Shown one piece after another: positions 37,125 to 47,687 of a DNA stretch of 64,000 nucleotides (position 1 is its first letter; the number at the start of each line of letters is the position of its first letter). Under the pieces are notes generated by a model. That model saw only the letters and a program-made list of their open reading frames with translations. It had not been told where the DNA came from and made no database searches. Origin of the DNA: an uncultured Gammaproteobacteria bacterium (GTDB lineage Bacteria > Patescibacteriota > Patescibacteriia > Veblenbacterales > UBA10138); NCBI GenBank assembly GCA_964453605.1, contig CAYVOI010000001.1, positions 420,095-484,094 on the forward strand, written 5' to 3'. The translations under genes were made by a program, and so were the position numbers.

Positions 37125-38511
37125 ACCTGTTGTTACCCAAGGTTACCAGTATGGTTTCCACGACGCTGTAGCGCCGGTGGTGCAGCTGCCGCGCGGGTTG
37201 TCGAAAAAAGTGGTGGAGGAAATCTCTCACCTTAAAGGAGAGCCGGCCTGGATGCGGGAGCGCAGGCTACGGGCGCTGGAGATTTTTGAAGCTAAGGAGC
37301 TCCCGACCTGGGGAGCTGACCTTTCGGGTATTAACTTTAACGACATTTGCTACTATCTTAAACCCTCCGACCGGAGTGCGGGCACGTGGGACGACGTGCC
37401 GGTAGGCATTCGTAGCACCTTTGAAAAGCTTGGCATTCCCCAGGCTGAGGCTAAACTGCTTTCAGGTGTGGGTGCACAGTACGACAGTGAGGCCATTTAC
37501 CACAACCTAAAAGAAGAGTGGAAAAAACTTGGCGTGGTGTTTTTGGACATGGACTCAGGGCTCAAGGAGTACCCAGACTTGGTAAAAGAGTACTTTGGTA
37601 GCGTGGTGCCCTTAGGTGACAACAAGTTTGCTGCACTGAACTCGGCCGTGTGGAGCGGTGGTAGTTTTGTGTACGTGCCCAAAGGCGTGCAGGTAACCGT
37701 ACCACTGCAGGCTTATTTCCGGCTCAATGCCCAGAACATGGGACAGTTCGAGCGCACCCTTATCATTGCGGACGAGGGCAGTTTTGTAACCTACGTAGAG
37801 GGTTGCACAGCGCCGGTGTACGCGGTGGATTCGCTCCACTGTGCGGTGGTGGAGATAATCGCGAAACCGTACTCGCGCGTACGCTACACCACCATGCAGA
37901 ACTGGAGCAACGACGTGTACAACTTGGTAACCAAGCGGGCGGTAGCCTACGAAGGTGCGACCGTGGAATGGGTGGATGGTAACTTTGGTAGCAAGGTAAC
38001 CATGAAGTACCCCTGCGTGGTGATGAAAGAGCCCGGGGCCAAGGCCGACGTGCTTTCGCTCGCCGTAGCTGGCCCAGGCCAACACCAAGACGCTGGTGCC
38101 AAAGCTTTGCACTTGGCACCCAATACCAGCAGCAACATTATTTCCAAATCAGTGTCGCACGGCGGTGGACGTACTTCATACCGTGGTCTACTAAAAGTCG
38201 CGCCGCAGGCTCATGGGGTGAAATCAAAAGTAAAATGCGACGCGCTGCTCCTGGACCCAGCCTCGCGCTCAGACACCTACCCCACCATGAAAGTGGATGC
38301 ACCTGATGCGCGAGTGGAGCACGAAGCTACAGTTTCAAAGGTAGGGGAAGAGCAGCTGTTTTACCTCCGCTCGCGCGGAGTGAGCGAGAACGAGGCAGTG
38401 TCTTTAATCGTCTCCGGCTTTATTGAGCCAATCGCCAAAGAATTACCACTAGAGTACGCAATGGAACTAAATAGGTTGATTCAGTTAGAAATGGAGGGGA
38501 GTGTGGGGTAA
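37117..38511 (+). CDS. sufB: Fe-S cluster assembly protein SufB
   Basis: SufB/SufD beta-helix family; 464 aa; after sufC. Confidence 0.85.
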   Translation: MPKPVVTQGYQYGFHDAVAPVVQLPRGLSKKVVEEISHLKGEPAWMRERRLRALEIFEAKELPTWGADLSGINFNDICYYLKPSDRSAGTWDDVPVGIRSTFEKLGIPQAEAKLLSGVGAQYDSEAIYHNLKEEWKKLGVVFLDMDSGLKEYPDLVKEYFGSVVPLGDNKFAALNSAVWSGGSFVYVPKGVQVTVPLQAYFRLNAQNMGQFERTLIIADEGSFVTYVEGCTAPVYAVDSLHCAVVEIIAKPYSRVRYTTMQNWSNDVYNLVTKRAVAYEGATVEWVDGNFGSKVTMKYPCVVMKEPGAKADVLSLAVAGPGQHQDAGAKALHLAPNTSSNIISKSVSHGGGRTSYRGLLKVAPQAHGVKSKVKCDALLLDPASRSDTYPTMKVDAPDARVEHEATVSKVGEEQLFYLRSRGVSENEAVSLIVSGFIEPIAKELPLEYAMELNRLIQLEMEGSVG

Positions 38512-38625
38512 AAAAGTCCGCTCGATGCTTTGAGCGGACTCTATTGGGTCCTGACGGTAGGTTCACCGTCCACATTTGGGTACCACCCAATTGGTTACAG
38601 CACCCGCACATGTGAGGCCAGTATT

Positions 38626-39393
38626 ATGTTAACAAAATCCCAAGCAGACATCAAGGAGCTAAGAGGTGAGTGTGGCATTGTGGAAGTGCCACTGGGGTTG
38701 GCTACCAAACTTTATATTGCTCCACAGGCAGTGGCGACTATTGTAGCAACTTCTGCAGCCGAGGAGGGTGGTTTGCAATTGAACGTGGGTGAGGGCGCGG
38801 GCGTGCACTTGGTACTGCCGGAGCTGCCACTACACGGGAATGTAGTAGTAGAGGTTGGTGCTGGGGCACAGTTTACCCTTTCCGTTGTTGCCAAAGTAGA
38901 GCACAAGCATGTGTTCGAAAGTTTGGTACGCCTCACGGGCGAGGGTTCACGCGCTCACGCGCAGGTGGCGGTGGTAGGCACAGGGGATAGTGAGACCGAA
39001 CTTTCTCTAAGTTTAGAACATGTAGCTAAATCTACTTTTGGGCGCATGGTTGTTAGGCGCGTGCAGTCGGGAAATTCATTCAGCACACTTAGGGGTATGT
39101 TGAAGGTAGCAGCTGGCGCTCATGGCACCGACACCTACCTCTCCGACAAAGCGCTTCTGTTAGGTGAGAAGGCGCGGGCCGAGTCCAACCCCGGGCTGGA
39201 GATTTTGGCTGATGATGTTAGAGCGTCCCACGGCGCCACGGTTGGACAATTAAGCCCAGATGAGCTATTTTATGTGCGATCGCGCGGCCTCACTGAAACA
39301 CTAGCACAGGAACTCTTAGTCCAAGCATTCCTAAGCTCTGCGCTCGTTGGTGTGCCGCCGGAACACCACGTACACGCTTATGTTGCCAAGTAA
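38626..39393 (+). CDS. sufD: Fe-S cluster assembly protein SufD (short; start moved to the internal ATG)
   Basis: SufBD-family C-terminal domain; operon position. Confidence 0.65.
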   Translation: MLTKSQADIKELRGECGIVEVPLGLATKLYIAPQAVATIVATSAAEEGGLQLNVGEGAGVHLVLPELPLHGNVVVEVGAGAQFTLSVVAKVEHKHVFESLVRLTGEGSRAHAQVAVVGTGDSETELSLSLEHVAKSTFGRMVVRRVQSGNSFSTLRGMLKVAAGAHGTDTYLSDKALLLGEKARAESNPGLEILADDVRASHGATVGQLSPDELFYVRSRGLTETLAQELLVQAFLSSALVGVPPEHHVHAYVAK

Positions 39394-40588
39394 CCTACGC
39401 AATCAGTTCCCCATTTTCGCTAAGCATCCAAACTTAGCATTTTTAGATAACGCTGCTTCCGCACAGAAGCCCGAAGTTGTGCTCAAGACTATGGATGAGC
39501 TCTACCGTTCGAGCTACGCCAACATTCACCGTGGGGTGTACCGCCTGGCTGAAGACGCCACGGCAGCTTATGAAGAAACCCGCGCGATGGTGGCAAAGTT
39601 TTTGAACGCGCGTGAGCCAGCAGAAATCGTGTTTACTCGGAACGCTACCGAAAGTTTGAACACAGTGGCCCAGTCATATGCACGGAACCTTAAAGCCGGC
39701 GATGAGGTTTTGCTGACTGAACTAGAGCACCATGCCAATCTTGTACCCTGGCAGCAAATGGCTAAGCGCTATGGTTTTACCGTGAAATTTTTACCAGTAA
39801 TTTCTGAAGGGCGCTTGGAGCTTGGCAAACTCAGTGAGTTTTTGAGTGCCAAGACCAAAGTGGTGGCACTGAGCGCTATGTCGAACGTACTCGGATGTGT
39901 GACTGAGCTTGAACAAATTATTCCAGCTGCGCATGAGATAGGCGCCATTGTGGTGGTGGATGCAGCTCAGGCTGCCGCCCACCTACCCCTTGACGTACAG
40001 AAGCTCGACTGTGATTTTTTGGCTATCACTGGGCACAAGCTGTTTGGCCCCTCGGGCATCGGCGCACTCTACGGTAAGCGTGCCCTCTTAGAGCGCTTAG
40101 AACCGTTTCAGTTTGGCGGGAGCATGATAGACGACGTAAGTTGGTTCGACTCCACCTGGGCCCAAGCCCCTGAAAAGTTTGAAGCTGGCACCCCGCCCAT
40201 TGCTGAGGCAGTTGGCCTTGGGGCGGCCTTGAAGTTTATGGAAGGCATTGGGTGGAGTCAGATTATGGAGCATGAGGCGGAGCTTACGGCGTATGGCTTA
40301 GAGCAACTTAATCAGGTTCAAGGGCTCCACCTGGTTGGCCCACGTACGCCAGTAGCGCGTGGCCCCGTGTTTTCGTTTACTGTAGACGGCGTGCACCCGC
40401 ACGATTTGGCTAGTGTGCTGGATGAGGCAGGTGTGGCGGTGCGCTCGGGTCACCACTGCGCTATGCCACTGCACAAAAAATTTGAGCTACCCGCGACCAC
40501 GCGCGCTAGTTTAACCCTCTACAATACAAAAGAGGATATTGACAGGCTGGTTGCCGGTGTCGCCCAGGCGCAAAAACTATTTACCTGA
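39374..40588 (+). CDS. sufS: Cysteine desulfurase SufS
   Basis: Aminotransferase class V; HK(L)FGP PLP-lysine region; the C-terminal Cys loop. Confidence 0.85.
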   Translation, partial: TLMLPSNLRNQFPIFAKHPNLAFLDNAASAQKPEVVLKTMDELYRSSYANIHRGVYRLAEDATAAYEETRAMVAKFLNAREPAEIVFTRNATESLNTVAQSYARNLKAGDEVLLTELEHHANLVPWQQMAKRYGFTVKFLPVISEGRLELGKLSEFLSAKTKVVALSAMSNVLGCVTELEQIIPAAHEIGAIVVVDAAQAAAHLPLDVQKLDCDFLAITGHKLFGPSGIGALYGKRALLERLEPFQFGGSMIDDVSWFDSTWAQAPEKFEAGTPPIAEAVGLGAALKFMEGIGWSQIMEHEAELTAYGLEQLNQVQGLHLVGPRTPVARGPVFSFTVDGVHPHDLASVLDEAGVAVRSGHHCAMPLHKKFELPATTRASLTLYNTKEDIDRLVAGVAQAQKLFT

Positions 40589-40591
40589 GGT

Positions 40592-40948
40592 ATGGACATC
40601 TACCAGCAAAATATTTTGGACTACTACAAGCACCCACGGTACCACAGGGAAGTGACGGGTAGTACGAATCATGGAGAGGCCTCGAACCCGCTGTGTGGTG
40701 ACCGAATTGAGTTTTGGTTAAAGCTCGACGGCGGAAAGGTAGCAGAAGTTGGCTGGGGCGGGGAGGGGTGTGTGCTTTCACAAGCTGCGGCCTCAATGCT
40801 GGCTGAGTCGCTCCACAGCAAAACGTTAGCCGAAGTTCAGCGGGTATCGAAAGATGATCTTCTAGCTATGGTAGCTGTGACCTTAGGTCCCAACCGCCTC
40901 AAGTGCGTGCTGCTTCCACTCGACGCGCTGCAAAAGGCTACACGTTAG
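40592..40948 (+). CDS. sufU: SufU/IscU-like Fe-S scaffold or sulfur acceptor
   Basis: NPLCGD...GCVLSQAAAS conserved Cys and Asp ligands. Confidence 0.75.
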   Translation: MDIYQQNILDYYKHPRYHREVTGSTNHGEASNPLCGDRIEFWLKLDGGKVAEVGWGGEGCVLSQAAASMLAESLHSKTLAEVQRVSKDDLLAMVAVTLGPNRLKCVLLPLDALQKATR

Positions 40949-41295
40949 GCTTTCGAGCTGCGGTTGCTGCCCACTAAGCAGCCTGCCACGCCAAGAGCCA
41001 GGTGGAAGATGTTTTCAAATATCTCGATGTGAAAGAGGTCGAAAAAGTTTGGCAGGGTGAGGCCGAATAATACAAAAGCCAGGCCCATAACGCCCGTAGC
41101 TGTAGCGTAGCGGCCGAGTGTTTGAGGTGTCGTTTTACTAAACGTCAGCTTTAACCCAACGGCGCCAAAACCTAGGTAGATGAGGCTTTGGAACAGGTCA
41201 AACTGTACTACGTGGGGAATAGGCGAGCCTAGGAACCCCCACAGTCCAAGTATAAAGAGTAGCGCGGCTACCACCCGTGAGTAGGTTTTGATCAT
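40945..41295 (-). CDS. Hypothetical membrane protein
   Basis: Four TM helices; 116 aa. Confidence 0.5.
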   Translation of the reverse strand: MIKTYSRVVAALLFILGLWGFLGSPIPHVVQFDLFQSLIYLGFGAVGLKLTFSKTTPQTLGRYATATGVMGLAFVLFGLTLPNFFDLFHIEIFENIFHLALGVAGCLVGSNRSSKA

Positions 41296-41352
41296 GTGTT
41301 AAGTATAGGTGACTAGCTTTGGGCACTCAAGTTTTCGTGGTACACTTCGGGT

Positions 41353-42330
41353 ATGAAGGCAGGGGTTTTAACTATCGGTGGGGCAACCTGGGATGTACTT
41401 TTTACCACACCCGAGGCACACCTTGTTGCCGATAAGGCTACCCGCGAGCGTCTACTGGCCTTTCCGTACGGTGGTAAGGTTGACGCGCACGGTGTCAGTT
41501 ATGGGTTTGGTGGTGGCGCTGCCAACGTGGCAGTAGCGCTGAGGCGCCTGGGGGTGAGCACCGGCATTGCTGCTCGTGTTGGTGGCGACTGGAGGGGGAC
41601 TGAGGTGGTAAAGAATCTGCGTGCGCATAAAGTTGCTACCTCGCTAGTCCAGCTCGACCGTGCGGAAACAACGCCGCTCTCCTTTATAGTGACCACTGGC
41701 GGCGCCCATGACCACGTGGCGTTTGTTTCGCGTGGGGCAGCCAAAAATTTTGCACTCCCCAAAGCAGTGCCCACCATGTACTCGTGGGTATACGTAACGT
41801 CGCTCGCTACCCCACGTTGGCACGCCGAGCTTCGTACGCTCTTTGCTAACCTCAAACGCCGCGGCCAGCAGGTGTTTTGGAACCCAGGCGCGGCTCAGCT
41901 GGCGGAAGGCAAACGCCTCAAAACACTCCTTCACTCTGTCTCCATTCTTGATGTTAATCGTGAAGAGGCCGAAGTCTTAGCTCACGACCTTAAGCTTAAG
42001 CGCACCAACCTCAGCACCTTGCTCCACAGTTTGAAAACACTAGGCCCCAAGGCTGTGCTTATTACCGACGGCGGCAACGGTGCCTACTACTACGATGGCG
42101 ACCGTGTGCTCCACCGCCCGGCGCTCAAGGTAAAGCCAGTTAACACCACTGGCGCTGGTGATGCGTTTGGTTCCGGCTTTCTGGCTGGCTACCTCCACTC
42201 ACGAGGCAACGTGCGCGTGGCACTTGATTGGGGTATGTATAACTCAAGCTCGGTCATTACCGACGTAGGAGCTCAACGAGGTTTACTTACCTTATCGCGT
42301 CTTCGCAAGTTTGCAAAAAAGTATGACTGA
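41353..42330 (+). CDS. PfkB-family carbohydrate kinase
   Basis: C-terminal TTGAGDAFGSGFLAG ribokinase signature. Confidence 0.8.
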   Translation: MKAGVLTIGGATWDVLFTTPEAHLVADKATRERLLAFPYGGKVDAHGVSYGFGGGAANVAVALRRLGVSTGIAARVGGDWRGTEVVKNLRAHKVATSLVQLDRAETTPLSFIVTTGGAHDHVAFVSRGAAKNFALPKAVPTMYSWVYVTSLATPRWHAELRTLFANLKRRGQQVFWNPGAAQLAEGKRLKTLLHSVSILDVNREEAEVLAHDLKLKRTNLSTLLHSLKTLGPKAVLITDGGNGAYYYDGDRVLHRPALKVKPVNTTGAGDAFGSGFLAGYLHSRGNVRVALDWGMYNSSSVITDVGAQRGLLTLSRLRKFAKKYD

Positions 42331-42751
42331 AGGTAGTTCTTCGAATCCACGCGTTGGCATAGGAATTATGGTACTAAAGGAGGGCAAGGTGCTTTTAGGA
42401 AAGAGGCGAGGCTCACATGGCGCGGGAGAGTATGCATTCCCTGGAGGACATCTAGAGTACACGGAATCGTTTGTTGACTGTGTTACGCGTGAGGTGGCGG
42501 AAGAGTGTGGAATTAGTTTGGCTAATGTGCGCTTTCAATTTGTTGCTAACGTGCGTACATACGCACCAAAACATTATGTTCATATTGGTTTGATAGCGGA
42601 TTGGGTTGCCGCCGAGCCCCAAGTACTCGAGCCAGATAAATGTGAAAGCTGGGGTTGGTATGATATGAAAACCCTTCCAGAGCCACTGTTTAAGATGGCC
42701 CGTCTAGCTGTTGATAGCTCGCAGACCGGTACAACCTATTACGACATATAG
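42311..42751 (+). CDS. NUDIX hydrolase
   Basis: Nudix box GGHLEYTESFVDCVTREVAEECGI. Confidence 0.85.
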   Translation: MQKSMTEGSSSNPRVGIGIMVLKEGKVLLGKRRGSHGAGEYAFPGGHLEYTESFVDCVTREVAEECGISLANVRFQFVANVRTYAPKHYVHIGLIADWVAAEPQVLEPDKCESWGWYDMKTLPEPLFKMARLAVDSSQTGTTYYDI

Positions 42752-42752
42752 T

Positions 42753-43325
42753 ATGCCAGAGCGACAAGTTCCCATTGAAGTTTCAGCCAGACACGTGCAC
42801 CTTTCAGCCGAGCACTTGGCTGCTCTGTTTGGCCCCGCCGCTTCGCTCCACAGCTTGAAAACCATTTCCCAGCCCGGGCAATTTGCAGCCGAGGAGCGGG
42901 TTGATGTAGTTACGCCCAAGGGGAAACTCTCGGTACGCGTGGTGGGGCCAGTCAGAAGCGAAACCCAAGTGGAGCTGGCCGCTTCCGAGTGCCGTAGCCT
43001 TGGGCTACCTGTGATGCTTAAGGTGTCAGGTAGTCTCGAGGGTACGCCCGGCGCCACACTAGAGGGCCCGTATGGCACGGTTGAGCTTTCACGTGGGGTC
43101 ATAGTGGCGCAGCGGCATTTGCACATTGCGCCTACAGCGGCTGCCGCCTGGAACTTGAAACATGGTGATGTTGTTTCTATTAAGACCGGCGGGAGTAGAC
43201 CGGTAACGTTCCATGATGTCTATGTGCGTTCGCGCGAAGGGGTGGACGAGCTTTCGTTCATGATAGATACCGACGAGGCTAACGCGGCGGGACTTACTGG
43301 TGGTGAGCAGGGTGAGGTAGTGTAG
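42753..43325 (+). CDS. pduL: PduL-type phosphate acyltransferase (start at the internal ATG after the NUDIX stop)
   Basis: Duplicated SARHVHL / AQRHLH motifs typical of PduL; precedes ackA. Confidence 0.75.
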   Translation: MPERQVPIEVSARHVHLSAEHLAALFGPAASLHSLKTISQPGQFAAEERVDVVTPKGKLSVRVVGPVRSETQVELAASECRSLGLPVMLKVSGSLEGTPGATLEGPYGTVELSRGVIVAQRHLHIAPTAAAAWNLKHGDVVSIKTGGSRPVTFHDVYVRSREGVDELSFMIDTDEANAAGLTGGEQGEVV

Positions 43326-43326
43326 T

Positions 43327-44502
43327 ATGGCTAAGACAACGGTAGTGGACCCTGGGTATGTGCTCAGCCTTAACGCTGGTAGTGCCACGTTGAAGTGGGC
43401 ACTTTACCAAGCTCCTGAACTTACCGAACTAGGCCGTGGCGTAGTAGAGCGAGTGGGGGAGAGTGGCAGCTTTGCTGAGTGGCGGTTGCAGGGGAAAATT
43501 GGTGTTAAAAAGGTGCCCTGCAAAAACCATGAGGTCGCTGTGGGCTACATACTAAAGCTCTTAGCCTGGCACCACCTTAATCTTCAACACGTTACGGTGG
43601 TGGGACACCGTGTGGTACATGGTGGAGCATTGTTTAGTGTGCCGACAAAGCTGACCGCTAAAGTGTTTCAACAGTTGAAGGGCTTGACTGTACTAGCACC
43701 ACTCCACAACCCCGTTCAAGTAGCAGTGGCTAAAACTACTGCTAAGCTCTTACCCAAGGCCCAACAGGTCGCCGTGTTCGACACTGCTTGGTACAGCAAC
43801 CTGCCGCCTGAGGCTCGACTCTACGCTCTACCCGAGAGCTTAACCAAAAAGTACAACCTTAGGCGCTATGGGTTCCATGGGCTCTCGCACTCCTACGTAA
43901 GTAGCGAGGCTGCCCGGCGTTTGTGTCACCCGCTTCAAAACCTGAACCTGATCACCTGTCACCTAGGTAGCGGCGCTAGTATCACGGCGGTGCGGGCAGG
44001 TCGGGCTATAGACACTTCCATGGGTTTTACTCCCCTCGAGGGTTTAGTGATGGATACCAGAGCCGGCGATGTTGACCCGGGGCTGCTACTCTACCTCATA
44101 ACCCAAAAAGGCTTGCAGGCCAAAGCACTGCTCAAGCTCTTAGATGAAGACTCGGGCCTTAAGGGGGTGGCAGGGGTGCCTGATATGCGCGAGGTGTTAA
44201 CACGTGCTGGCTATGAGGTGTTAGGGTTTCGGCCCAAAGGCACCGCGACCAGCGGCGACAAAAAGCGCGCTCAGCTGGCGCTCAAGCTCTTCCTCTACCG
44301 CGTGCAGAAGTACCTCGGGGCGTATGCAGCTGTTTTGGGGACCGTACACGCGATCGTGTTCACCGGTGGCATAGGTGAGCGGAACGAAGTGGTGCGTAAC
44401 CTTATTATGCAGGGCGTGCCTGGCCTGAAGCACATACCCGTGTTGGCTATTCCAACCAACGAGGAACTGGCTATTGCACAGCAGGTAGCAAGCCTGGCGT
44501 AA
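43327..44502 (+). CDS. ackA: Acetate kinase
   Basis: VLSLNAGSATLKWALY N-terminus; the acetate/propionate kinase family. Confidence 0.9.
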   Translation: MAKTTVVDPGYVLSLNAGSATLKWALYQAPELTELGRGVVERVGESGSFAEWRLQGKIGVKKVPCKNHEVAVGYILKLLAWHHLNLQHVTVVGHRVVHGGALFSVPTKLTAKVFQQLKGLTVLAPLHNPVQVAVAKTTAKLLPKAQQVAVFDTAWYSNLPPEARLYALPESLTKKYNLRRYGFHGLSHSYVSSEAARRLCHPLQNLNLITCHLGSGASITAVRAGRAIDTSMGFTPLEGLVMDTRAGDVDPGLLLYLITQKGLQAKALLKLLDEDSGLKGVAGVPDMREVLTRAGYEVLGFRPKGTATSGDKKRAQLALKLFLYRVQKYLGAYAAVLGTVHAIVFTGGIGERNEVVRNLIMQGVPGLKHIPVLAIPTNEELAIAQQVASLA

Positions 44503-44506
44503 ACGT

Positions 44507-45145
44507 ATGGCTGAACGCATCGGCACCATTCCCGGCACTGTCATACACCCCGCTGAAGTACGGAACGGCCAGAGCGTAGTAGCAGTTATGAAAGGTGTGA
44601 CCACGGCCGAGGTGGAGCTTAAGACCCAAGGGCTGGTAGTGGCTACCTGCGGCGGTGCCAGTACCCCTCAGTCTGACCCTATCTGTTTTCAAGCCCAGAA
44701 GCTTGCCGTGGGCGTGGTGGCTCGGGGTGGCGTGATGGTGAACGGTGGCGAAACCGGCGGCATTGCCCTAGCTATTACCGAAGCAGAGGAAAAAGCTACG
44801 CTCCACATCGCCTGCCCCTACCACGAGGTGCTAAAGTTTGGGGCTAAGGCCATGGTGAGTTCGTACCAGACCAGGAAGATGCTCATCACGGTCATGCCGG
44901 TGGTAGTTATTTTCCCGGGGAAAGTCGGCACGCTCGACGAGCTGGTGACCACGTTGGGGTGGATAAAGTCGTTAATCCACCAAAACGCCGAACCGCCGAC
45001 GGTGTGGGTGCACGAGTTTTGGTGGGACTTCCTAGACTTCTTGAACCGTAAAGGTGCTATTCAGCCTGGGGTGTGGGAGCGGGTTCACCGTTTTACCGCT
45101 GCCGACGAAATTCTAAACACCCTCACCCCCGTCTCACCTGGGTAG
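44507..45145 (+). CDS. LOG-family (TIGR00730) Rossmann-fold protein
   Basis: GGxGxM...PGKVGTLDEL. Confidence 0.75.
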   Translation: MAERIGTIPGTVIHPAEVRNGQSVVAVMKGVTTAEVELKTQGLVVATCGGASTPQSDPICFQAQKLAVGVVARGGVMVNGGETGGIALAITEAEEKATLHIACPYHEVLKFGAKAMVSSYQTRKMLITVMPVVVIFPGKVGTLDELVTTLGWIKSLIHQNAEPPTVWVHEFWWDFLDFLNRKGAIQPGVWERVHRFTAADEILNTLTPVSPG

Positions 45146-45159
45146 TGTATACTTTACCT

Positions 45160-45420
45160 ATGAGCACAAAATCGTTGCGCTTAGAACTTCTTCAAAAAAT
45201 GTCGGAGCTAGCCACCGCCGGGTTTGGGTTAGTGGCGGCGTTAGCCTGGAACGATGCTATCCAGTCGTTTTTCAAAGACCTGTTTGGCGAGCAGTCGGCC
45301 ACCTGGGCTAAGTTTGTTTATGCCGTACTAGTGACACTCATTGTGGTGTTCATTACCCTTAAGCTCGGGAGCCTTATTAGCAAGCTCAAGGAGCCAGGCA
45401 ATGGAGCACAAAACCAATAA
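45160..45420 (+). CDS. Small membrane protein (start moved to the internal ATG)
   Basis: Two TM helices; 86 aa. Confidence 0.45.
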   Translation: MSTKSLRLELLQKMSELATAGFGLVAALAWNDAIQSFFKDLFGEQSATWAKFVYAVLVTLIVVFITLKLGSLISKLKEPGNGAQNQ

Positions 45421-47194
45421 CCTCAACTGGAAAATCGGTGGTGAGGCTGGCTACGGTATACTGTCGGCTGGGGAAATTTTTGCCTACGCTTGTGCCCACG
45501 GCGGCTTGGAGACCTTTGCCTATTTAGAGTACCCCTCACTCATTCGCGGTGGGCACAATACCTACCAGGTGTGGGCCAGAGCCGACAACGTGCAATCGCA
45601 CTCGCACCTGGTTGATCTACTGGTAGGGCTGAACAAAGAAACCATTGATAGGCATGTAGAGGAAGTAGTGCCTGGTGGCGGGTTAGTGTACGATACCGAC
45701 GATAAACTTTTGCGCGGCTACAAGTGTACCAAAAAAGGCATGGCTGCTTTCCCCATGCCGCTTGAAACCCTGGCCAGGAGTACGGGCGGGGAAAAGCTGA
45801 TGCGGAACGCCGTGGCGGTGGCCGCGAGCTTTGCCTTGGTGCAGTTTCCCTTTGAGTACCTGACTGAGCTTTTAAAGCGCGCCTTTGGTAAGAAAGGTGA
45901 GAAGGTGGTAAACCTAAACATTGCAGCCGCTAAGGCTGGTTATGATTATGTGGCCAAGCACTTTGCGGGTAAGTTTTTATACAAACTCGAGGTGCGGCCT
46001 GAGCGTGGGAAACGTTTGCTGGTCAATGGTAACGAGGCTATAGCTATGGGTGCTATTAAGGGTGGCGTAAAGTTCTACGCGGCTTACCCTATGACACCCG
46101 CCTCCTCCATTCTCCATTACCTGGCAACGCAGGAGAGGAACTACAAGTTGGTGGTAAAGCAAACCGAAGATGAGCTGGCCGCCATGAACATGGTGGCAGC
46201 CGCTGGCTTTGCAGGTGTCAGGGCTATGACCGCCACCTCAGGTGGTGGCTTTTCGCTGATGGTGGAAGCCCTAGGCCTGGCTGGCATGGTGGAGTCACCG
46301 GCGGTGGTTGTACTCGCGCAGCGCCCAGGCCCAGCCACGGGTTTGCCAACCTGGACTGAGCAAGGTGACTTACGTTTTGCCATGCACGCCGCCCAAGGTG
46401 ATTCGCCGCGCCTTATTGTGGCACCCGGCGACCCCGAAGAGTGCTTTGAGCTTACCTTTCATGCCTTTAACGTGGCGGAAAAGTACCAGCTGCCGGTAAT
46501 TGTGATGACCGATAAGTACCTGGCTGAGGCTAGACAAACCGTGCCCTTCTTTAAGACCGTCGGACTTACGATAGATAGGGGCGAGTGGGCCGATACATCG
46601 AAGCTGCCGCCTGATGCGCGCTTCAACCGCTACGCCGATACGGCGAATGGCGTAAGCCCTAGGAGCATCCCCGGCCAACCTGGTGGCATGTTTGTGGCTA
46701 ATAGCGATGAGCACGAGCCGACTGGATTAGCGGACGAGGAAGTTGGGACGAGAAAGATTATGATGGAAAAAAGGATGCGCAAGTTACAGTTCGCCAAGAC
46801 CGACGTGCCCGAACCCATAAAGCTCTACGGCCCTAAGGAAGCCGATGTTACGCTAGTGGGGTGGGGGAGTACGAAAGGTCCGATTTTAGAAGCCATCAAG
46901 ATGTTAGAGCGCGAGCCTAATAAGGCGAAGCCCGGTACCGACCCGGCCAGGACGGGGTCTGGTATCCGGGTAAACTTTTTGCAGGTGCGGTTACTCCATC
47001 CATTCCCGGTAAAAGAGGTGGATGCAGTTTTGAGGCAAGCCAAGCGCCGCGTGCTGATTGAAAATAATTATTCCGGCCAGCTCGGCGGTTTGATTCGGGA
47101 AAAAACGGGTATAGATATTACCGAACGACTGCTCAAGTACGACGGCCGACCCGTGCATCCGGAGGAGATTGTACAAAAACTAGTGGGCACTTAA
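45401..47194 (+). CDS. korA: 2-oxoacid:ferredoxin oxidoreductase alpha subunit (start at the ATG with an AAGGAG RBS)
   Basis: PFOR/KOR alpha domain architecture; followed by the TPP-binding beta subunit. Confidence 0.85.
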   Translation: MEHKTNNLNWKIGGEAGYGILSAGEIFAYACAHGGLETFAYLEYPSLIRGGHNTYQVWARADNVQSHSHLVDLLVGLNKETIDRHVEEVVPGGGLVYDTDDKLLRGYKCTKKGMAAFPMPLETLARSTGGEKLMRNAVAVAASFALVQFPFEYLTELLKRAFGKKGEKVVNLNIAAAKAGYDYVAKHFAGKFLYKLEVRPERGKRLLVNGNEAIAMGAIKGGVKFYAAYPMTPASSILHYLATQERNYKLVVKQTEDELAAMNMVAAAGFAGVRAMTATSGGGFSLMVEALGLAGMVESPAVVVLAQRPGPATGLPTWTEQGDLRFAMHAAQGDSPRLIVAPGDPEECFELTFHAFNVAEKYQLPVIVMTDKYLAEARQTVPFFKTVGLTIDRGEWADTSKLPPDARFNRYADTANGVSPRSIPGQPGGMFVANSDEHEPTGLADEEVGTRKIMMEKRMRKLQFAKTDVPEPIKLYGPKEADVTLVGWGSTKGPILEAIKMLEREPNKAKPGTDPARTGSGIRVNFLQVRLLHPFPVKEVDAVLRQAKRRVLIENNYSGQLGGLIREKTGIDITERLLKYDGRPVHPEEIVQKLVGT

Positions 47195-47219
47195 CTTATT
47201 AGTTTAATAAAATATCACC

Positions 47220-47579
47220 ATGGAGGCTCCGCTATCTATAAACAACAAAACAGGAATAGTATGGTACAAATCAGGTAAGGGCATTGGTGATTTTATTCTA
47301 CGCCTCTGCTTTGTTTGTGTGCTTATGTATTTTGTGCTCATAGGTGCGGCTTTTATTCTTATATATAGTGGATTTTTACAAGATATAGCATTAAGTGTAA
47401 GCAACGGTGCATACTATAATCAAATTTTGTTAAGTTATTATATTATCATAGCCTTAGTTACAGCGACACCGTTAGCTGGGCTCAATAGTAAGCAGGTACA
47501 GCAGGGTAAACGGTCGTATTTCTGGTGCACGCTTCTATGTGAGTTAATTTTTGCAGCCGTTCTGCTGCATATATGGTAA
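47220..47579 (+). CDS. Hypothetical three-TM membrane protein, AT-rich cargo between korA and korB
   Basis: About 37% GC; three hydrophobic helices. Confidence 0.5.
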   Translation: MEAPLSINNKTGIVWYKSGKGIGDFILRLCFVCVLMYFVLIGAAFILIYSGFLQDIALSVSNGAYYNQILLSYYIIIALVTATPLAGLNSKQVQQGKRSYFWCTLLCELIFAAVLLHIW

Positions 47580-47621
47580 CCACCAAAGATTTCGAAACTT
47601 CCCAATTTCCCACCTGGTGCC
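47571..47621 (+). repeat. Direct repeat copy 1: orphan copy of the korB start region (51 bp, 49 identical)
   Basis: atatgGTaaccaccaaagatttcgaaacttcccaatttcccacctggtgcc against copy 2 at 48851..48901 (atatgCCaacc...). Confidence 0.9.
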
Positions 47622-47687
47622 TTGAGCACCCGAGCCGGCCCATGCATCCGAAGGAAATCATAAATAACCATTAACTAGGATAAATGT